64,000 nucleotides of DNA from Patescibacteria group bacterium (GCA_041749335.1 JBGTBM010000007.1:149957-213956), one strand, 5' to 3'; positions 1-10,399 are shown, numbered from the stretch's first letter. Notes: generated by a model from the letters alone, not told the origin. A program made the numbers and translations.

Positions 1-1
1 C

Positions 2-457
2 AATCTGATTTTGACCGGACATTTGGGCAAAGTGATGAAAGAATCGGCGCAAGCGGCCTATTCTTATGCTCGTTATAAAGTCAGGGAACAAGTTGAAGAT
101 AAAAATTTTTATAAAAATAGCGATATTCATATTCATGTGCCGGCGGGTGCAATTCCCAAAGACGGACCTTCGGCCGGCGTGGCGATAGCTACCGCATTAG
201 TATCCCTTTTATTGGGTAAAAAAATCAGAAGATCAGTGGCTATGACCGGAGAAATAACACTGCGTGGCAAAGTAATGGAAATTGGCGGAGTTAAAGAAAA
301 AGTTTTAGCCGCACACCGAGCCGGCATCAAAACCGTACTGCTGCCGATGAATAATAAAAAAGACATGGTGGATATTCCCAAAGAGATTAAAAAAGATTTG
401 AAATTTGTTCTGGTGGAAAATTTAGACCAGGTGCTGGCACTGGCAATGTATCAATAG
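2..457 (+). CDS. lon: ATP-dependent Lon protease, C-terminal proteolytic domain (5'-truncated by window start)
   Basis: The translation '[19 protein letters not shown]...[32 protein letters not shown]' matches the Lon S16 peptidase domain with its catalytic Ser-Lys context. The ORF is open to the window edge. Confidence 0.8.
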   Translation, partial: NLILTGHLGKVMKESAQAAYSYARYKVREQVEDKNFYKNSDIHIHVPAGAIPKDGPSAGVAIATALVSLLLGKKIRRSVAMTGEITLRGKVMEIGGVKEKVLAAHRAGIKTVLLPMNNKKDMVDIPKEIKKDLKFVLVENLDQVLALAMYQ

Positions 458-479
458 AGTTTTTAGGTAAATTTTAATT

Positions 480-507
480 AAGCGGGGATTTTCTCCGCTT
501 ATTTTAT
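480..507 (+). terminator. Rho-independent terminator after lon
   Basis: An 8 bp stem AAGCGGGG/CTCCGCTT with one G-T pair and a 5 nt loop, followed by ATTTTAT. Confidence 0.55.
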
Positions 508-514
508 AAAAAAC

Positions 515-1063
515 ATGGCAAAAATTAAGAAAAAACTACTTCTGCATATTTGCTGCGCTCCTTGCTCTACTTATGTAGTGGAAAAATTGCTGACGAAATA
601 CGATGTCAGCGGATATTTTTATAATCCCAATTTATATCCCGCTGATGAGCACAATAAAAGGCTTAAAGAAGCGCAAAATTATTTTGACAGGATTGGCAGA
701 GGCTTTATTTATGAGAAAAGCTATCAAAAAAAAGAATGGAAGCAGTTTATTAAAGGGCTTGAGAGAGAGCCCGAGGGCGGAAAAAGATGTTTGAGATGTT
801 ATTTATTGCGATTGGAAAAAACCGCGCAATGTGCTAAAGAGCGAGGCTTTGACATCTTTACCACCACCTTGACAATTTCTCCTTACAAAAAAGCGGCAGT
901 AATTAATCCGATCGGAAAGGCTTTGGCGCAAAAATACCGGTTGGAGTATTTAAGTGAAGACTTCAAAAAAGCCGACGGATATAAAAAAAGCATTGAAATG
1001 TCAAAACAACACCAATTGTATCGGCAAAATTATTGCGGCTGTGAATTTAGCCTAAGAAAATAA
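515..1063 (+). CDS. queH: Epoxyqueuosine reductase QueH (DUF208)
   Basis: The N-terminal 'LLLHICCAPCS' Cys cluster and later 'CLRCY' / 'YCGCEFS' motifs are typical of QueH. Confidence 0.7.
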   Translation: MAKIKKKLLLHICCAPCSTYVVEKLLTKYDVSGYFYNPNLYPADEHNKRLKEAQNYFDRIGRGFIYEKSYQKKEWKQFIKGLEREPEGGKRCLRCYLLRLEKTAQCAKERGFDIFTTTLTISPYKKAAVINPIGKALAQKYRLEYLSEDFKKADGYKKSIEMSKQHQLYRQNYCGCEFSLRK

Positions 1064-1120
1064 TTCGTGGTTGGCGCATTATATTTAAATCAGTTATAAT
1101 ATAAAAAATATATAATTTAG

Positions 1121-2044
1121 ATGAAATTATTAAAAGAGAGAAAATTACTCAATCGGCCGGAGCAATTAGAATCGCGCCAAGGAAAAATTTTTCGTAAAAT
1201 TCGCCATTTATTTTCAGAAGTCGTTCGTCGTAAAATGTTTGTTTTTAATTTAATTGTGCTTTTGGCAACGGCGGGGTATGCGGTCAAATATTTAATTGAT
1301 CGCGATGAGGGAAAAAGACAAGCAGAGTCGGAGCAGCAGGAAATTGATAAAGCGGGAGCGCGGTTGCGTGATATTTTTTTTAATTCTGTTTATGAAGATG
1401 AGATGAAAGAACAAAGGGAACTGGAAGAAGCGGAAGAGAGGAGAAAAGCTTCTATCGCAGCGTCTACTATAGAGTCGGAACCGATAAGCGAAGGTCAGAA
1501 GCCGGAAGAAGCTGAAGTTGATAGCGATGAAGAAATTTCAGAGGAAGAGCAGCTGGTTATTGATGCCAAAGAAATTCTGGAAAATATCGAAAAAGACAAT
1601 GACGAAGAATTTCCTATTTATGAAAATAAATTATATAAATATACAATAAAATATCCTCCTAACTGGTATTTAGATAAGGAAACTAATGTAAGCAGCTGGC
1701 TGGCTTATCTTACCAGTTATGACCCCGTAAGCCATAATCGCAGTGAATTGCCCCAAACTCCTCGTTTGGAGATTCTAGTCCAGGAAAACTTAAGAAATTT
1801 ATCTCTGGATGAGTGGATGCAGGAGGGTTACAAATATAACGGAGAGCCGACTGTTTCAGAAAAAATTCAGATTGCCGGTATTGATGCGTATCGCAACATT
1901 GAAGCAAATCCCTATCCGGCTATCGTAGTTACTTTAATACATACTGATTTTATCTATACTTTTTCTTTTGCCGGTGGAGATATTGCCAATGAAGACAATA
2001 TAAAAATACTAGATTTTATGCTAAATAACCTTAAATTTCAATAA
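1121..2044 (+). CDS. Hypothetical membrane-anchored protein with an acidic low-complexity region
   Basis: A long ORF with an N-terminal hydrophobic helix, an E/D-rich segment, and a C-terminal globular part. No recognisable family. Confidence 0.5.
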   Translation: MKLLKERKLLNRPEQLESRQGKIFRKIRHLFSEVVRRKMFVFNLIVLLATAGYAVKYLIDRDEGKRQAESEQQEIDKAGARLRDIFFNSVYEDEMKEQRELEEAEERRKASIAASTIESEPISEGQKPEEAEVDSDEEISEEEQLVIDAKEILENIEKDNDEEFPIYENKLYKYTIKYPPNWYLDKETNVSSWLAYLTSYDPVSHNRSELPQTPRLEILVQENLRNLSLDEWMQEGYKYNGEPTVSEKIQIAGIDAYRNIEANPYPAIVVTLIHTDFIYTFSFAGGDIANEDNIKILDFMLNNLKFQ

Positions 2045-2047
2045 TAT

Positions 2048-2623
2048 ATGAATAAAATATTTTTTAAAAAAATTCTAGCTGATTATCAAACCTATATCGG
2101 TTTAAGGGAAATGGTAATTAAAAATTCTCGTAAAGTTCTAAAGCTATCAAAACAAGCAATTTTTAATATCCATCGCGACAATCTTGTTGGAGCCGCTCAA
2201 GATTTAAAAGACGCAGAAAAAAACTTGTTTGAAATCGGCAAATTATTTCAAAAAGAAAAAAGGCTAAATTACGAAGGATCATATAAAGAAGGCGCTGAAG
2301 AATATATCGAAGCCAAACTTTTCTATGAATTTGTGGTAGGAGGAAAAATTGAACTAGATTCAAAATTTAATTTCTCTTTTGAAGATTATTTGGGCGGAGT
2401 GAGCGATTTGACGGGCGAGATGCTTCGGAAAACGATCCAGCTCGCCACCTTAGGAGAGTATGAAAAGTTAAATAACTATCATCAGGTCATGGAAGAAATA
2501 ATGGGAGAGCTGATAAAATTTGACCTGACAGGCAAATTGAGAATGAAATATGATGCCGCTAAAAGAAATTTGCGGCGCCTGGAAGAGATAAAATACGATA
2601 TTAAAATCAAGGGGTTAAAATAA
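2048..2623 (+). CDS. Translin-family protein
   Basis: The C-terminal 'EDYLGGVSDLTGEMLR...LRMKYDAAKRNLRRLEEIKYDIKIKG' closely parallels translin ('DYLSGV..L..EL.R' and 'LRKRYDGLKYDVKKVEEVVYDLSIRG'). Confidence 0.65.
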   Translation: MNKIFFKKILADYQTYIGLREMVIKNSRKVLKLSKQAIFNIHRDNLVGAAQDLKDAEKNLFEIGKLFQKEKRLNYEGSYKEGAEEYIEAKLFYEFVVGGKIELDSKFNFSFEDYLGGVSDLTGEMLRKTIQLATLGEYEKLNNYHQVMEEIMGELIKFDLTGKLRMKYDAAKRNLRRLEEIKYDIKIKGLK

Positions 2624-2628
2624 TTTTT

Positions 2629-2979
2629 ATGAAATTTATTTTACGGCTTTTATTAGTCGCGGCTACGGTTTTGGCAATTAGTTATTTTGTTCCGGGAATA
2701 TATGTTGAAAATTTTTGGGCGGCGGTAATATTTTCTCTAGTTTTGGGTTTAGCTAATTCCATAATTAGGCCGCTGATATCACTTTTTACGCTTCCAATTA
2801 AATTTTTAACGCTGGGTTTATTCTCTTTTGTAATAAATGGGCTGCTTTTTTGGCTGGCTGCGCAATTTGTCCCGGGGGTAGAAGTTGATTCATTGCTAAC
2901 TGCTTTTATCGCGGCATTGATAGTTTGGGCGGTAAGCGTTTTGGCAAATAAATTCTTAAATAATAAAAAGAAAAAATAA
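2629..2979 (+). CDS. DUF360 / phage-holin-4-like small membrane protein
   Basis: Four predicted TM segments, about 115 aa, and 'FWLAAQFVPGVEVDS' typical of the YvlD/DUF360 family. Confidence 0.55.
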   Translation: MKFILRLLLVAATVLAISYFVPGIYVENFWAAVIFSLVLGLANSIIRPLISLFTLPIKFLTLGLFSFVINGLLFWLAAQFVPGVEVDSLLTAFIAALIVWAVSVLANKFLNNKKKK

Positions 2980-2981
2980 AG

Positions 2982-3581
2982 ATGGGAATTTTTTATATAA
3001 CTTTACTGTATTTTTTTATCTTTTTAACCTTAAACAGATTAAAATATTTTGAAATTGGTAAAAGCCTGGGTGAAATGCCGGTATTTGTACTGATATTGGG
3101 GATCTTAATCTATCTGTTCTTGAGCCTGGTCAATATTATTATTAATCGGAAAAAGGGGAAATACAAAGTCAAATTTCAACTTGGTTATCCCCAAGATGTT
3201 CAAGGTAAATTAATAATTAATATTGGAGCGGGAATTATGCCTGTGTTGGCTCTAATCTATCTTTATCCTCGCGCGGCATTGATACCGTTTTTAATCTCTG
3301 TTTCTATTTGCCTATCCATTTGTTTAGTAATTTACCATAGCAAAAAAAATGTCAAAAATGAATTGCCGGTTTTTATAAGCTTCCTGGTTAGCGTGGTATG
3401 CGCTCTGTTTCTTACTCCCGCCAATCCGGTTTTTTTATTGTTGGCGGTATTCGTTGCAGGGAATTTATTTTTATTAATGACTAATATTATATTTTTAAAA
3501 ATAAAAACCCCGCTTTATGTCGGGGAGAAAAAATTTTTTCATGTTTTTTTTATCTTGATTCTGGCCGCCTTGATTTTTTAA
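2982..3581 (+). CDS. Hypothetical polytopic membrane protein
   Basis: Hydrophobic throughout with several predicted TM helices and no conserved motifs. Confidence 0.45.
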   Translation: MGIFYITLLYFFIFLTLNRLKYFEIGKSLGEMPVFVLILGILIYLFLSLVNIIINRKKGKYKVKFQLGYPQDVQGKLIINIGAGIMPVLALIYLYPRAALIPFLISVSICLSICLVIYHSKKNVKNELPVFISFLVSVVCALFLTPANPVFLLLAVFVAGNLFLLMTNIIFLKIKTPLYVGEKKFFHVFFILILAALIF

Positions 3582-4795
3582 GGGCTGAAATGTTTAAAAG
3601 CTTGAAAAGATTGTTTTAGAGTATAGTTTTTAGTAATTAGCCCATATTCTCCCTCTTTGCCAACATGTCCGGTATCTCTTAGGGAATACCAATAAACCCT
3701 CTCAATATTTTGGGAAGCATTAAACAAAGTCATCATATAGGCTAGATTATCAGCCTGTTTTTTTTGTCCAATTGTGAAACTGCTGCAGCCGAACTCGGTA
3801 ATCCAAAGCGGTTTTTTATATTGATTGGAAATTTGTATTATTTCCGCAAGATCTCCGGCCAATTTTTCATAATGGCCGTCCGCCACGCCTTGCTCGCAGT
3901 AATATGCATGGACTCCATAACCATCTATGTAATTTTGCATATTCGCTTTATAAAAGTCTTGGGCATAGTTTGGATCAGGCCAGGTAGTTCCGCCGCTAAT
4001 TACTTTGGCAGCAGGGTCGATGCTTTTAATGGTATTAGAAGTATTTGCTAATAAATTGTAATATTGCTTCCTGGCCCCATTGAAAAAATTTATATCATTA
4101 GGCTCATTCCATACTTCCCAGGCGGATACTTGCCCCTGGTATCTGGTAACGGTTTCTCGAACAAAATTATTCCACTGATCAATGTTGGGAGGATAAAATT
4201 CTTTATTGGCAACATTGTTCGGAGCTTGAGCTGACCATTTCGCGCTATACGCCAAAAGGCCCAGCACTTCTACATCATAGTGCTGATAACTTTGCATAAT
4301 TTCATCGTAGCGGGAATAGTCCATTTTCCCTTTTATTGGCTCAATTAAATTCCAATTAAATTCTTCGCGAACGTATTTAATGTTTGCCTGATAGATCGCA
4401 TCATTTATTAATACATCTCGACAAGGTTCTTCCCGAAATGCCCAGTGCATGTTTGCTCCCAGCTTATTCGGGCTGGAATCGTTACCGGAGGAAAAATATT
4501 TATTTATTAATAAATCATTTCCATTGTCTTCGAAATTTTTAAGCGGAGATTCTTGATAATCACTAGTTGAAATGGGTTGGCTTTCTGGGGAGGTCTCCAA
4601 GGCTTTTATCAAAGTTCCCTCAATATTTTTAGCACCTGAGGATGTATTTATTATTTTTGTTTCATTAACTGCGATATTCTTGTTATTGATCAGATCCAAC
4701 AAGAATTTATTGATAAAAAGCGCAAATAAAATAGTGACAATAATTGCCAAGGAAATGACAAAGGCTTTAATGATTTTTAAAATTGTATCTGCCAT
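3578..4795 (-). CDS. Membrane-anchored glycoside hydrolase, GH5/clan GH-A like
   Basis: An N-terminal TM helix, then 'WEVWNEPN' (acid/base Glu in NEP) and 'WITEFG' (nucleophile Glu), typical of clan GH-A beta-glycanases. Confidence 0.65.
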   Translation of the reverse strand: MADTILKIIKAFVISLAIIVTILFALFINKFLLDLINNKNIAVNETKIINTSSGAKNIEGTLIKALETSPESQPISTSDYQESPLKNFEDNGNDLLINKYFSSGNDSSPNKLGANMHWAFREEPCRDVLINDAIYQANIKYVREEFNWNLIEPIKGKMDYSRYDEIMQSYQHYDVEVLGLLAYSAKWSAQAPNNVANKEFYPPNIDQWNNFVRETVTRYQGQVSAWEVWNEPNDINFFNGARKQYYNLLANTSNTIKSIDPAAKVISGGTTWPDPNYAQDFYKANMQNYIDGYGVHAYYCEQGVADGHYEKLAGDLAEIIQISNQYKKPLWITEFGCSSFTIGQKKQADNLAYMMTLFNASQNIERVYWYSLRDTGHVGKEGEYGLITKNYTLKQSFQAFKHFSP

Positions 4796-4885
4796 CCTAT
4801 TATATTTTTATCTAAATAAAATAATGATATGATTAAATGTAATAACGAAATACTTTAACATAAAAAAATAAAAAAGTCAATAGAT

Positions 4886-6052
4886 ATGGAAAAATACATT
4901 ATTATTCATTACGCGGAAATTGGCCTAAAAGGCAAAAACAGGCCATTTTTTGAAAATAAATTGATTAAGAATATTCGCGCCAAGTTATCGCAGTATAAGA
5001 TTGACTATATTAAGAATATTTTTGGCCGGATTTTGATAAAAATAAATCTTAAAGGCCGAGATATTCAGATAGCCATCAATATCTTAAGCAAGATTTCGGG
5101 AATTAAATATTTTGCCTTTACCCAAATTAGTCCGAAAGAAATAGATAAAGTTTTAGCCAACTCACTCAATTTGCTTAAAAAATTTAAGTTTAACACTTTT
5201 AAAATTTATACTAAGCGAGCTGGCAAGGATTACCCTCTGAATTCCCGGCAAATAAATGAAAAAGTAGGCGAGCACATTTTAGATAATATCAGAGGCATCA
5301 AAGTAAAATTAGATAATCCGGAAGTGACTTTATTTCTCGAGGTGGTAAATCAATATGTTTTTTTGTATTTAGAAAAATTAGGCGGAATTGGCGGTTTGCC
5401 CGTGGGTACGAGCGGTAAAGTATTGAGTTTGATTTCTTCCGGAATAGATTCGCCGGTAGCCAGTTATCGCATGATGAAAAGAGGCGCTTCAGTCTTTTTC
5501 TTGCACTTTCATTCTTATCCTCAGACAAGCCGCGAGTCGATCAATAATGTTAAGGAATTAGTTTTGAAATTAAATCATTATCAAATAAATTCAAAAATAT
5601 ATTTTGTTCCATTTTTAGAATTTCAAAAAGAAGTGGTAGAAAAAGCGAATGCTAGAGATAGAGTAATCCTGTATCGGCGCATGATGATAAGAACCGCTGA
5701 ACTTATCGGTAAAAAAGAAAAAATTAATACTTTGGTAACGGGAGAAAGCCTAGGACAGGTGGCATCTCAGACTCTGGAAAATATGTTAGTAATAGGCGCG
5801 GCATGTGAAAATACACAAGTATTTCGGCCGTTAATATGCTATGATAAAGAAGAAATAATTAAAGAGGCAAAACAGATCGGCACCTATGATATTTCGAGTC
5901 TTGGCGATGAAGATTGTTGTTCGCTTTTTGTTCCCGCGAATCCCAATACAAAATCAAACATAGTCGAGGTGGAAACGCAAGAAAAAAAGCTGGAAATTAA
6001 GCGGCATCTTCGAAGTATGGAAAAAAATTGGGAAATTATCATAATAAATTAA
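4886..6052 (+). CDS. thiI: tRNA 4-thiouridine sulfurtransferase ThiI
   Basis: An N-terminal THUMP-like region and the PP-loop 'SGGIDSPVA' match the ThiI architecture. Confidence 0.75.
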   Translation: MEKYIIIHYAEIGLKGKNRPFFENKLIKNIRAKLSQYKIDYIKNIFGRILIKINLKGRDIQIAINILSKISGIKYFAFTQISPKEIDKVLANSLNLLKKFKFNTFKIYTKRAGKDYPLNSRQINEKVGEHILDNIRGIKVKLDNPEVTLFLEVVNQYVFLYLEKLGGIGGLPVGTSGKVLSLISSGIDSPVASYRMMKRGASVFFLHFHSYPQTSRESINNVKELVLKLNHYQINSKIYFVPFLEFQKEVVEKANARDRVILYRRMMIRTAELIGKKEKINTLVTGESLGQVASQTLENMLVIGAACENTQVFRPLICYDKEEIIKEAKQIGTYDISSLGDEDCCSLFVPANPNTKSNIVEVETQEKKLEIKRHLRSMEKNWEIIIIN

Positions 6053-6062
6053 TAAATTAAAT

Positions 6063-6467
6063 ATGCCAGAAAAAAAATTACGTTCAATTTTATTGGGATT
6101 GCTTTTATGGATTTTGAATTTTACCGCCGCTACATTAGTAGCCTTAAAGCTCAATGATGAAAATATCAAAATATTCATTTTGATAGTAATCCCGATTTTT
6201 ACCGCAGTATTGGCTTACATTTATATGCGTTCTCCTCAAGAAAAATCAGTTTATGAGGGTACTCGGCTGGGCCTTACCTGGTTTGTATTATTATTGACGA
6301 TCGATGTAATTGTAAAAGTCTATCTTATGAAATATGGTTGGGAATATTTTCGTTCTTGGACCGTATGGATTTCCTTCGGCGAGATTATATTTTTATGCGG
6401 AGTGATTGGAGCTTTAATGAAACCGATTAAAGAAGAAATGCCAACAACCGAGAGCGAGCAAAAATAA
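6063..6467 (+). CDS. Hypothetical membrane protein
   Basis: Four predicted TM helices and no recognisable family. Confidence 0.45.
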   Translation: MPEKKLRSILLGLLLWILNFTAATLVALKLNDENIKIFILIVIPIFTAVLAYIYMRSPQEKSVYEGTRLGLTWFVLLLTIDVIVKVYLMKYGWEYFRSWTVWISFGEIIFLCGVIGALMKPIKEEMPTTESEQK

Positions 6468-6491
6468 AACCTATTTTTCAAAATAAAAAAG

Positions 6492-8207
6492 ATGAAAAAC
6501 ATATCAAAGATTCTGCTAGTAATTTCATTATTGTGCATTTTGGTATTTCCCGGTATGAGCCAAGGGAGCACATCTTATGTGGAAAAAATCGATTCCTATG
6601 ATGTTAATATAGAAATTAACAGCGATTCTTCAATTTTGGTAACTGAAAAAATAGAATATGATTTTGGAATGCAGGATCGTCATGGTATTTATCGCTATAT
6701 CCCATACAAATATAAGGCGCGCGGCGGAAACTTTTCTTTAAGATTTTCCGATTTTGACGTTATAGATGAGAAGGGAAACAGATATAAATATGAAACTTCA
6801 AAACAAGGCGATAATATTTATTTAAAGATTGGCGATCCCAATGTTTATATAAGTGGAAAACATATCTATTTAATAAAATATAAAGTTGAGAGAGCGCTTA
6901 ATTATTTTGCGGATTGGGATGAATTATATTGGAATGTTACTGGCACCGAATGGCAAGTTCCGATTGTAAAATCATCGGTTACGGTTGCTTTGCCGCATGA
7001 TATCGCTCAGGGCGACTTAAAAACAAAGTGCTTTACCGGAAGTTTTGGCAGTACTGAAGAAGATTGTACAGTAGATGTTTTATCCCAAGGCCAAATAAAA
7101 TATAGTTCAGATGTTGAATTTAATCCTTATGAAGGCTTTACCATTGTGCTGGGATGGCCTAAACAAATTGTGGCAGCGCCCTCTTGGGGGACAAGGGCAG
7201 CTTGGATTATCGGTGATAATATATCTTTATTTATTGCTCCCTTGGTATTTCTTTTAGTATTTTTATACTGGTATTATCGGGGCAGGGATCCTAAAATCGA
7301 GGGGCCGATTGTGGCGGAATATGAGGCGCCTGAAAATTTATCTCCGATAGAGCTGGGGGCATTAACTAAGGACAAAGTGGTGAATAAATATATTTCCGCT
7401 CAATTAGTGCAGCTGGCAATAAAAGGTTATCTTAAAATAATTCAAACCGGAGAAGGAAAAAAAGATTATAAATTTGTCTATCGTAAAGATTATAATGATT
7501 TGGAAAACGACTATGATAAAAGAATATTGGAATATGTTTTTGATGGCAAGCAAGAGGTGGCGATGGGAGATTTAGAAAATAAGTTCTATCAGCATATTAA
7601 TAAAATAAGTAATCTTATTTATCAGTCTTTAACCGAAAAAAAATATTATGTAAAAAATCCTCAGCGCGCCCGTTTTGGCACAATGTTTGTTGTAGGCGTC
7701 TTGCTGTTATTTATGTCTTTTATATTAGGCTCGGTATTTGTTAGTTTTACGCTGGGCGCTTCAATTTTTATTTCGGCTATCATTATGATAGTTTTTTCCC
7801 AGTTTATGTCTAAAAAAACCAAAGAGGGAGCAGAGGCATTGAGAAAAATATTTGGTTTCAAGAAATTTCTTGAGGTTACCGAAGAGGAACGTTTAAAATT
7901 TCACAATCCTCCCGAGATGGTGCCGGAAGTTTTTGAAAAATTTCTGCCCTACGCCATGATTTTGGGAGTAGAAAACAAATGGGCGAAAAACTTTGAAAAA
8001 ATATATACTCAAAAGCCCGATTGGTATGAAGGCCATCAAGTTTCTGCTTGGAGTTCTGTTTATTTGGCTAATTCTTTATCGACATTTAGCAGCTATTCTT
8101 CTTCGGTTATGGCATCTGCTCCATCCAGCAGCGCTTCTGGCGGTTCCGGTTTTTCCGGTGGCGGTTCAGGCGGTGGCGGAGGAGGGGGCGGTGGAGGTTC
8201 TTGGTAA
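6492..8207 (+). CDS. DUF2207 domain membrane protein with a C-terminal Gly/Ser-rich tail
   Basis: A signal/TM segment, a large extracytoplasmic domain, TM helices, then 'SSSASGGSGFSGGGSGGGGGGGGGGSW'. The poly-Gly end is characteristic of DUF2207 proteins. Confidence 0.6.
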   Translation: MKNISKILLVISLLCILVFPGMSQGSTSYVEKIDSYDVNIEINSDSSILVTEKIEYDFGMQDRHGIYRYIPYKYKARGGNFSLRFSDFDVIDEKGNRYKYETSKQGDNIYLKIGDPNVYISGKHIYLIKYKVERALNYFADWDELYWNVTGTEWQVPIVKSSVTVALPHDIAQGDLKTKCFTGSFGSTEEDCTVDVLSQGQIKYSSDVEFNPYEGFTIVLGWPKQIVAAPSWGTRAAWIIGDNISLFIAPLVFLLVFLYWYYRGRDPKIEGPIVAEYEAPENLSPIELGALTKDKVVNKYISAQLVQLAIKGYLKIIQTGEGKKDYKFVYRKDYNDLENDYDKRILEYVFDGKQEVAMGDLENKFYQHINKISNLIYQSLTEKKYYVKNPQRARFGTMFVVGVLLLFMSFILGSVFVSFTLGASIFISAIIMIVFSQFMSKKTKEGAEALRKIFGFKKFLEVTEEERLKFHNPPEMVPEVFEKFLPYAMILGVENKWAKNFEKIYTQKPDWYEGHQVSAWSSVYLANSLSTFSSYSSSVMASAPSSSASGGSGFSGGGSGGGGGGGGGGSW

Positions 8208-8344
8208 TATTCATTTTGTATTTGTCAAATAAACAACAATTAAAAAGACAATTCGCCGATTAATTTAATTTCTATATTGGAATTACTTATACGACTATAA
8301 ATATGCAAAATTATTAAAAGTATTTAATTAATAAATATATACAA

Positions 8345-8632
8345 ATGACAAATATAAAGATTAAACTAATATCAGAAGATGAAAAAGAATGGAAATATAA
8401 TGTTGATATTGATTCAGATAGTTCGAAATCATCTCACCAAATAATTTTAACTAAAGATTATTATCATTTATTAGCGGAGGATCAAGCAATCACACCAGAT
8501 TTACTGGTGAAAAAATCAGTGGAATTTCTTTTGGAGCGGGAATCTAAGGAAAGCATCTTACCCGCATTTGATTTAAAAATTATTAATAATTATTTCCCGG
8601 AATACGAAGATGAAATAAAGGAAAGATGGTAA
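8345..8632 (+). CDS. Hypothetical small protein translationally coupled to the ABC ATPase
   Basis: A 95 aa ORF ending 1 nt before the ABC ATPase start. No recognisable family. Confidence 0.4.
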   Translation: MTNIKIKLISEDEKEWKYNVDIDSDSSKSSHQIILTKDYYHLLAEDQAITPDLLVKKSVEFLLERESKESILPAFDLKIINNYFPEYEDEIKERW

Positions 8633-8633
8633 A

Positions 8634-9632
8634 ATGAAAAACGGCCAAGCGGCAATTGTAATTAAAAATCTCACTAAAAAATTTAACAGCTTTTCCGCAG
8701 TCAGCGATATCTCCTTGACGGTAGCTAGGGGAGAACTTTTTGGTTTGTTGGGGCCTAATGGAGCCGGCAAGACAACGCTGATAAAAATGTTGGCTACTTT
8801 ATTAAAACCAACATCCGGGCAGGCGATGATTTCCGGATTTGATGTCATAAAGGATCGCAATGAAGTCAGAAATAGCATCGGAATTGTTTTTCAAGAAACA
8901 GCCCTTGATAATAAGTTGACGGGATTTGAAAATTTAGATTTTCATTCCGTGATGTACGGCATGGGCAAAAAAGCCAGAATGAAAAAAATCAAAGAGGTTT
9001 TGGAATTAGTTGAATTGAGCGATAAGTCTGATCAACTGGTGGAAAAATATTCCGGCGGTATGAAAAGAAGGCTGGAAATCGCGCGCGGTCTCATTCACGA
9101 ACCCAAAGTTTTATTTTTAGATGAACCAACTTTGGGGTTAGATGCCCAGACTCGCAGGCATATTTGGGATTATATAAAAAAACTAAATAGCGAAAAAGAA
9201 ATTACCATTATTATTACTACCCATTATATGGAAGAGGCGGATTATTTGTGTGATCGGGTGGGCATTATGGATAAAGGCAAAATCGTAGCGATTGATAGTC
9301 CGGTTAATTTAAAAAATACCATCGGGGCGGATATTATCAGGTTAGAAATAACGGGAGAATATGAGATTGATATTTTTAAAAATTTTGATTTTATTAAAGA
9401 TATTAAAAAACTTAATGGCTTAGTGAACTTAAGCGTTACAGAAGGAGAGTCAAAAATTCCATTATTATTAAAAGCGGCGCAAGACAATAACATAAAAGTT
9501 ATTTCGGTTACTTTAAATAAGCCAAGTCTCGAAGATGTTTTTTTGAAGTTTACAGGAAAAATGATTAGGGAAAATGAAGCCAACGCTCAAGACATTAATA
9601 GGGAAAATATGCGCAGAGGAATAAATAGATGA
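8634..9632 (+). CDS. ABC transporter ATP-binding protein (ABC-2 / DrrA-like)
   Basis: Walker A 'GPNGAGKTT', signature 'YSGGMKRRLEIA', and Walker B 'LFLDEPTLGLD'. Confidence 0.85.
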   Translation: MKNGQAAIVIKNLTKKFNSFSAVSDISLTVARGELFGLLGPNGAGKTTLIKMLATLLKPTSGQAMISGFDVIKDRNEVRNSIGIVFQETALDNKLTGFENLDFHSVMYGMGKKARMKKIKEVLELVELSDKSDQLVEKYSGGMKRRLEIARGLIHEPKVLFLDEPTLGLDAQTRRHIWDYIKKLNSEKEITIIITTHYMEEADYLCDRVGIMDKGKIVAIDSPVNLKNTIGADIIRLEITGEYEIDIFKNFDFIKDIKKLNGLVNLSVTEGESKIPLLLKAAQDNNIKVISVTLNKPSLEDVFLKFTGKMIRENEANAQDINRENMRRGINR

Positions 9633-10399
9633 AAATTATTAATTTTAACGCTATCTATATTTTATGGCTGCGGGAGATGAAAAGAACCTGGCGGGCTAAG
9701 TCCAGAATTATAGCTACTATTCTAATGCCCTTGTTTTTTTTGGCATTCTTGGGATTTGGTTTTCGCCGCGCATCAATACCGGGATTGCCGGAAGATGTAA
9801 ATTACTCAATATTTTTGGTTCCGGGCATTATAGGCATGACGATGCTTTTTACATCAACCATAGCCGGATTTTCTTTTTTGTGGGATAAAGAGTTCGGTTT
9901 TTTAAAAGAGATTATGGTTACTCCGGTTTCCAGATTATCGATAGTGATTGGAAGAATAGCTGGCGGCGCGACTATATCAATTTTCCAGGGTTTGATTATA
10001 CTTTTTTTAAGTTATATTTTTGGATTTAGAATTCCGGGCATTTTTGCTTTTTTATTGACCTTTTTATTAATGTTAATTATCTCTTTTACTTTTATTGGGA
10101 TGGGGTTAATTTTCGCTTCGCGCATGAAAGACATTCATGGATTTTCTCTAATCGTAAATTTTGTAGTATTCCCAATATTTTTTTTATCAGGTGCAATATA
10201 TCCCCTAGATGAGATGCCAAAATTCATTAGAATTTTAACTTATATTGATCCTTTGACTTATGGAGTGGACGGGTTGCGCAATATTCTAATTGGATCTTCG
10301 ACATTTCCTTTTTTGTTTGATTTTGCGATTATGCTATTGGTTTGCGTAATATTTTTAGTTGTGGGGTCATATTTGTTTGAAAAATCAGAAGTAAACTAA
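9629..10399 (+). CDS. ABC-2 type transporter permease
   Basis: Six predicted TM helices, overlapping the ATPase stop. Typical ABC-2 permease size. Confidence 0.75.
   Translation: MKIINFNAIYILWLREMKRTWRAKSRIIATILMPLFFLAFLGFGFRRASIPGLPEDVNYSIFLVPGIIGMTMLFTSTIAGFSFLWDKEFGFLKEIMVTPVSRLSIVIGRIAGGATISIFQGLIILFLSYIFGFRIPGIFAFLLTFLLMLIISFTFIGMGLIFASRMKDIHGFSLIVNFVVFPIFFLSGAIYPLDEMPKFIRILTYIDPLTYGVDGLRNILIGSSTFPFLFDFAIMLLVCVIFLVVGSYLFEKSEVN

Noticed and set aside
133-381. 82 aa minus-strand ORF inside lon
   Set aside because: It lies entirely antisense to a well-conserved Lon protease domain and has no motifs. It is a shadow ORF.
603-794. 63 aa plus-strand ORF overlapping queH in another frame
   Set aside because: It is an alternative frame within a conserved gene and its composition is not protein-like.
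3764-4051. 95 aa ORF antisense to the glycoside hydrolase
   Set aside because: A shadow ORF inside a gene with clear GH-A catalytic motifs.
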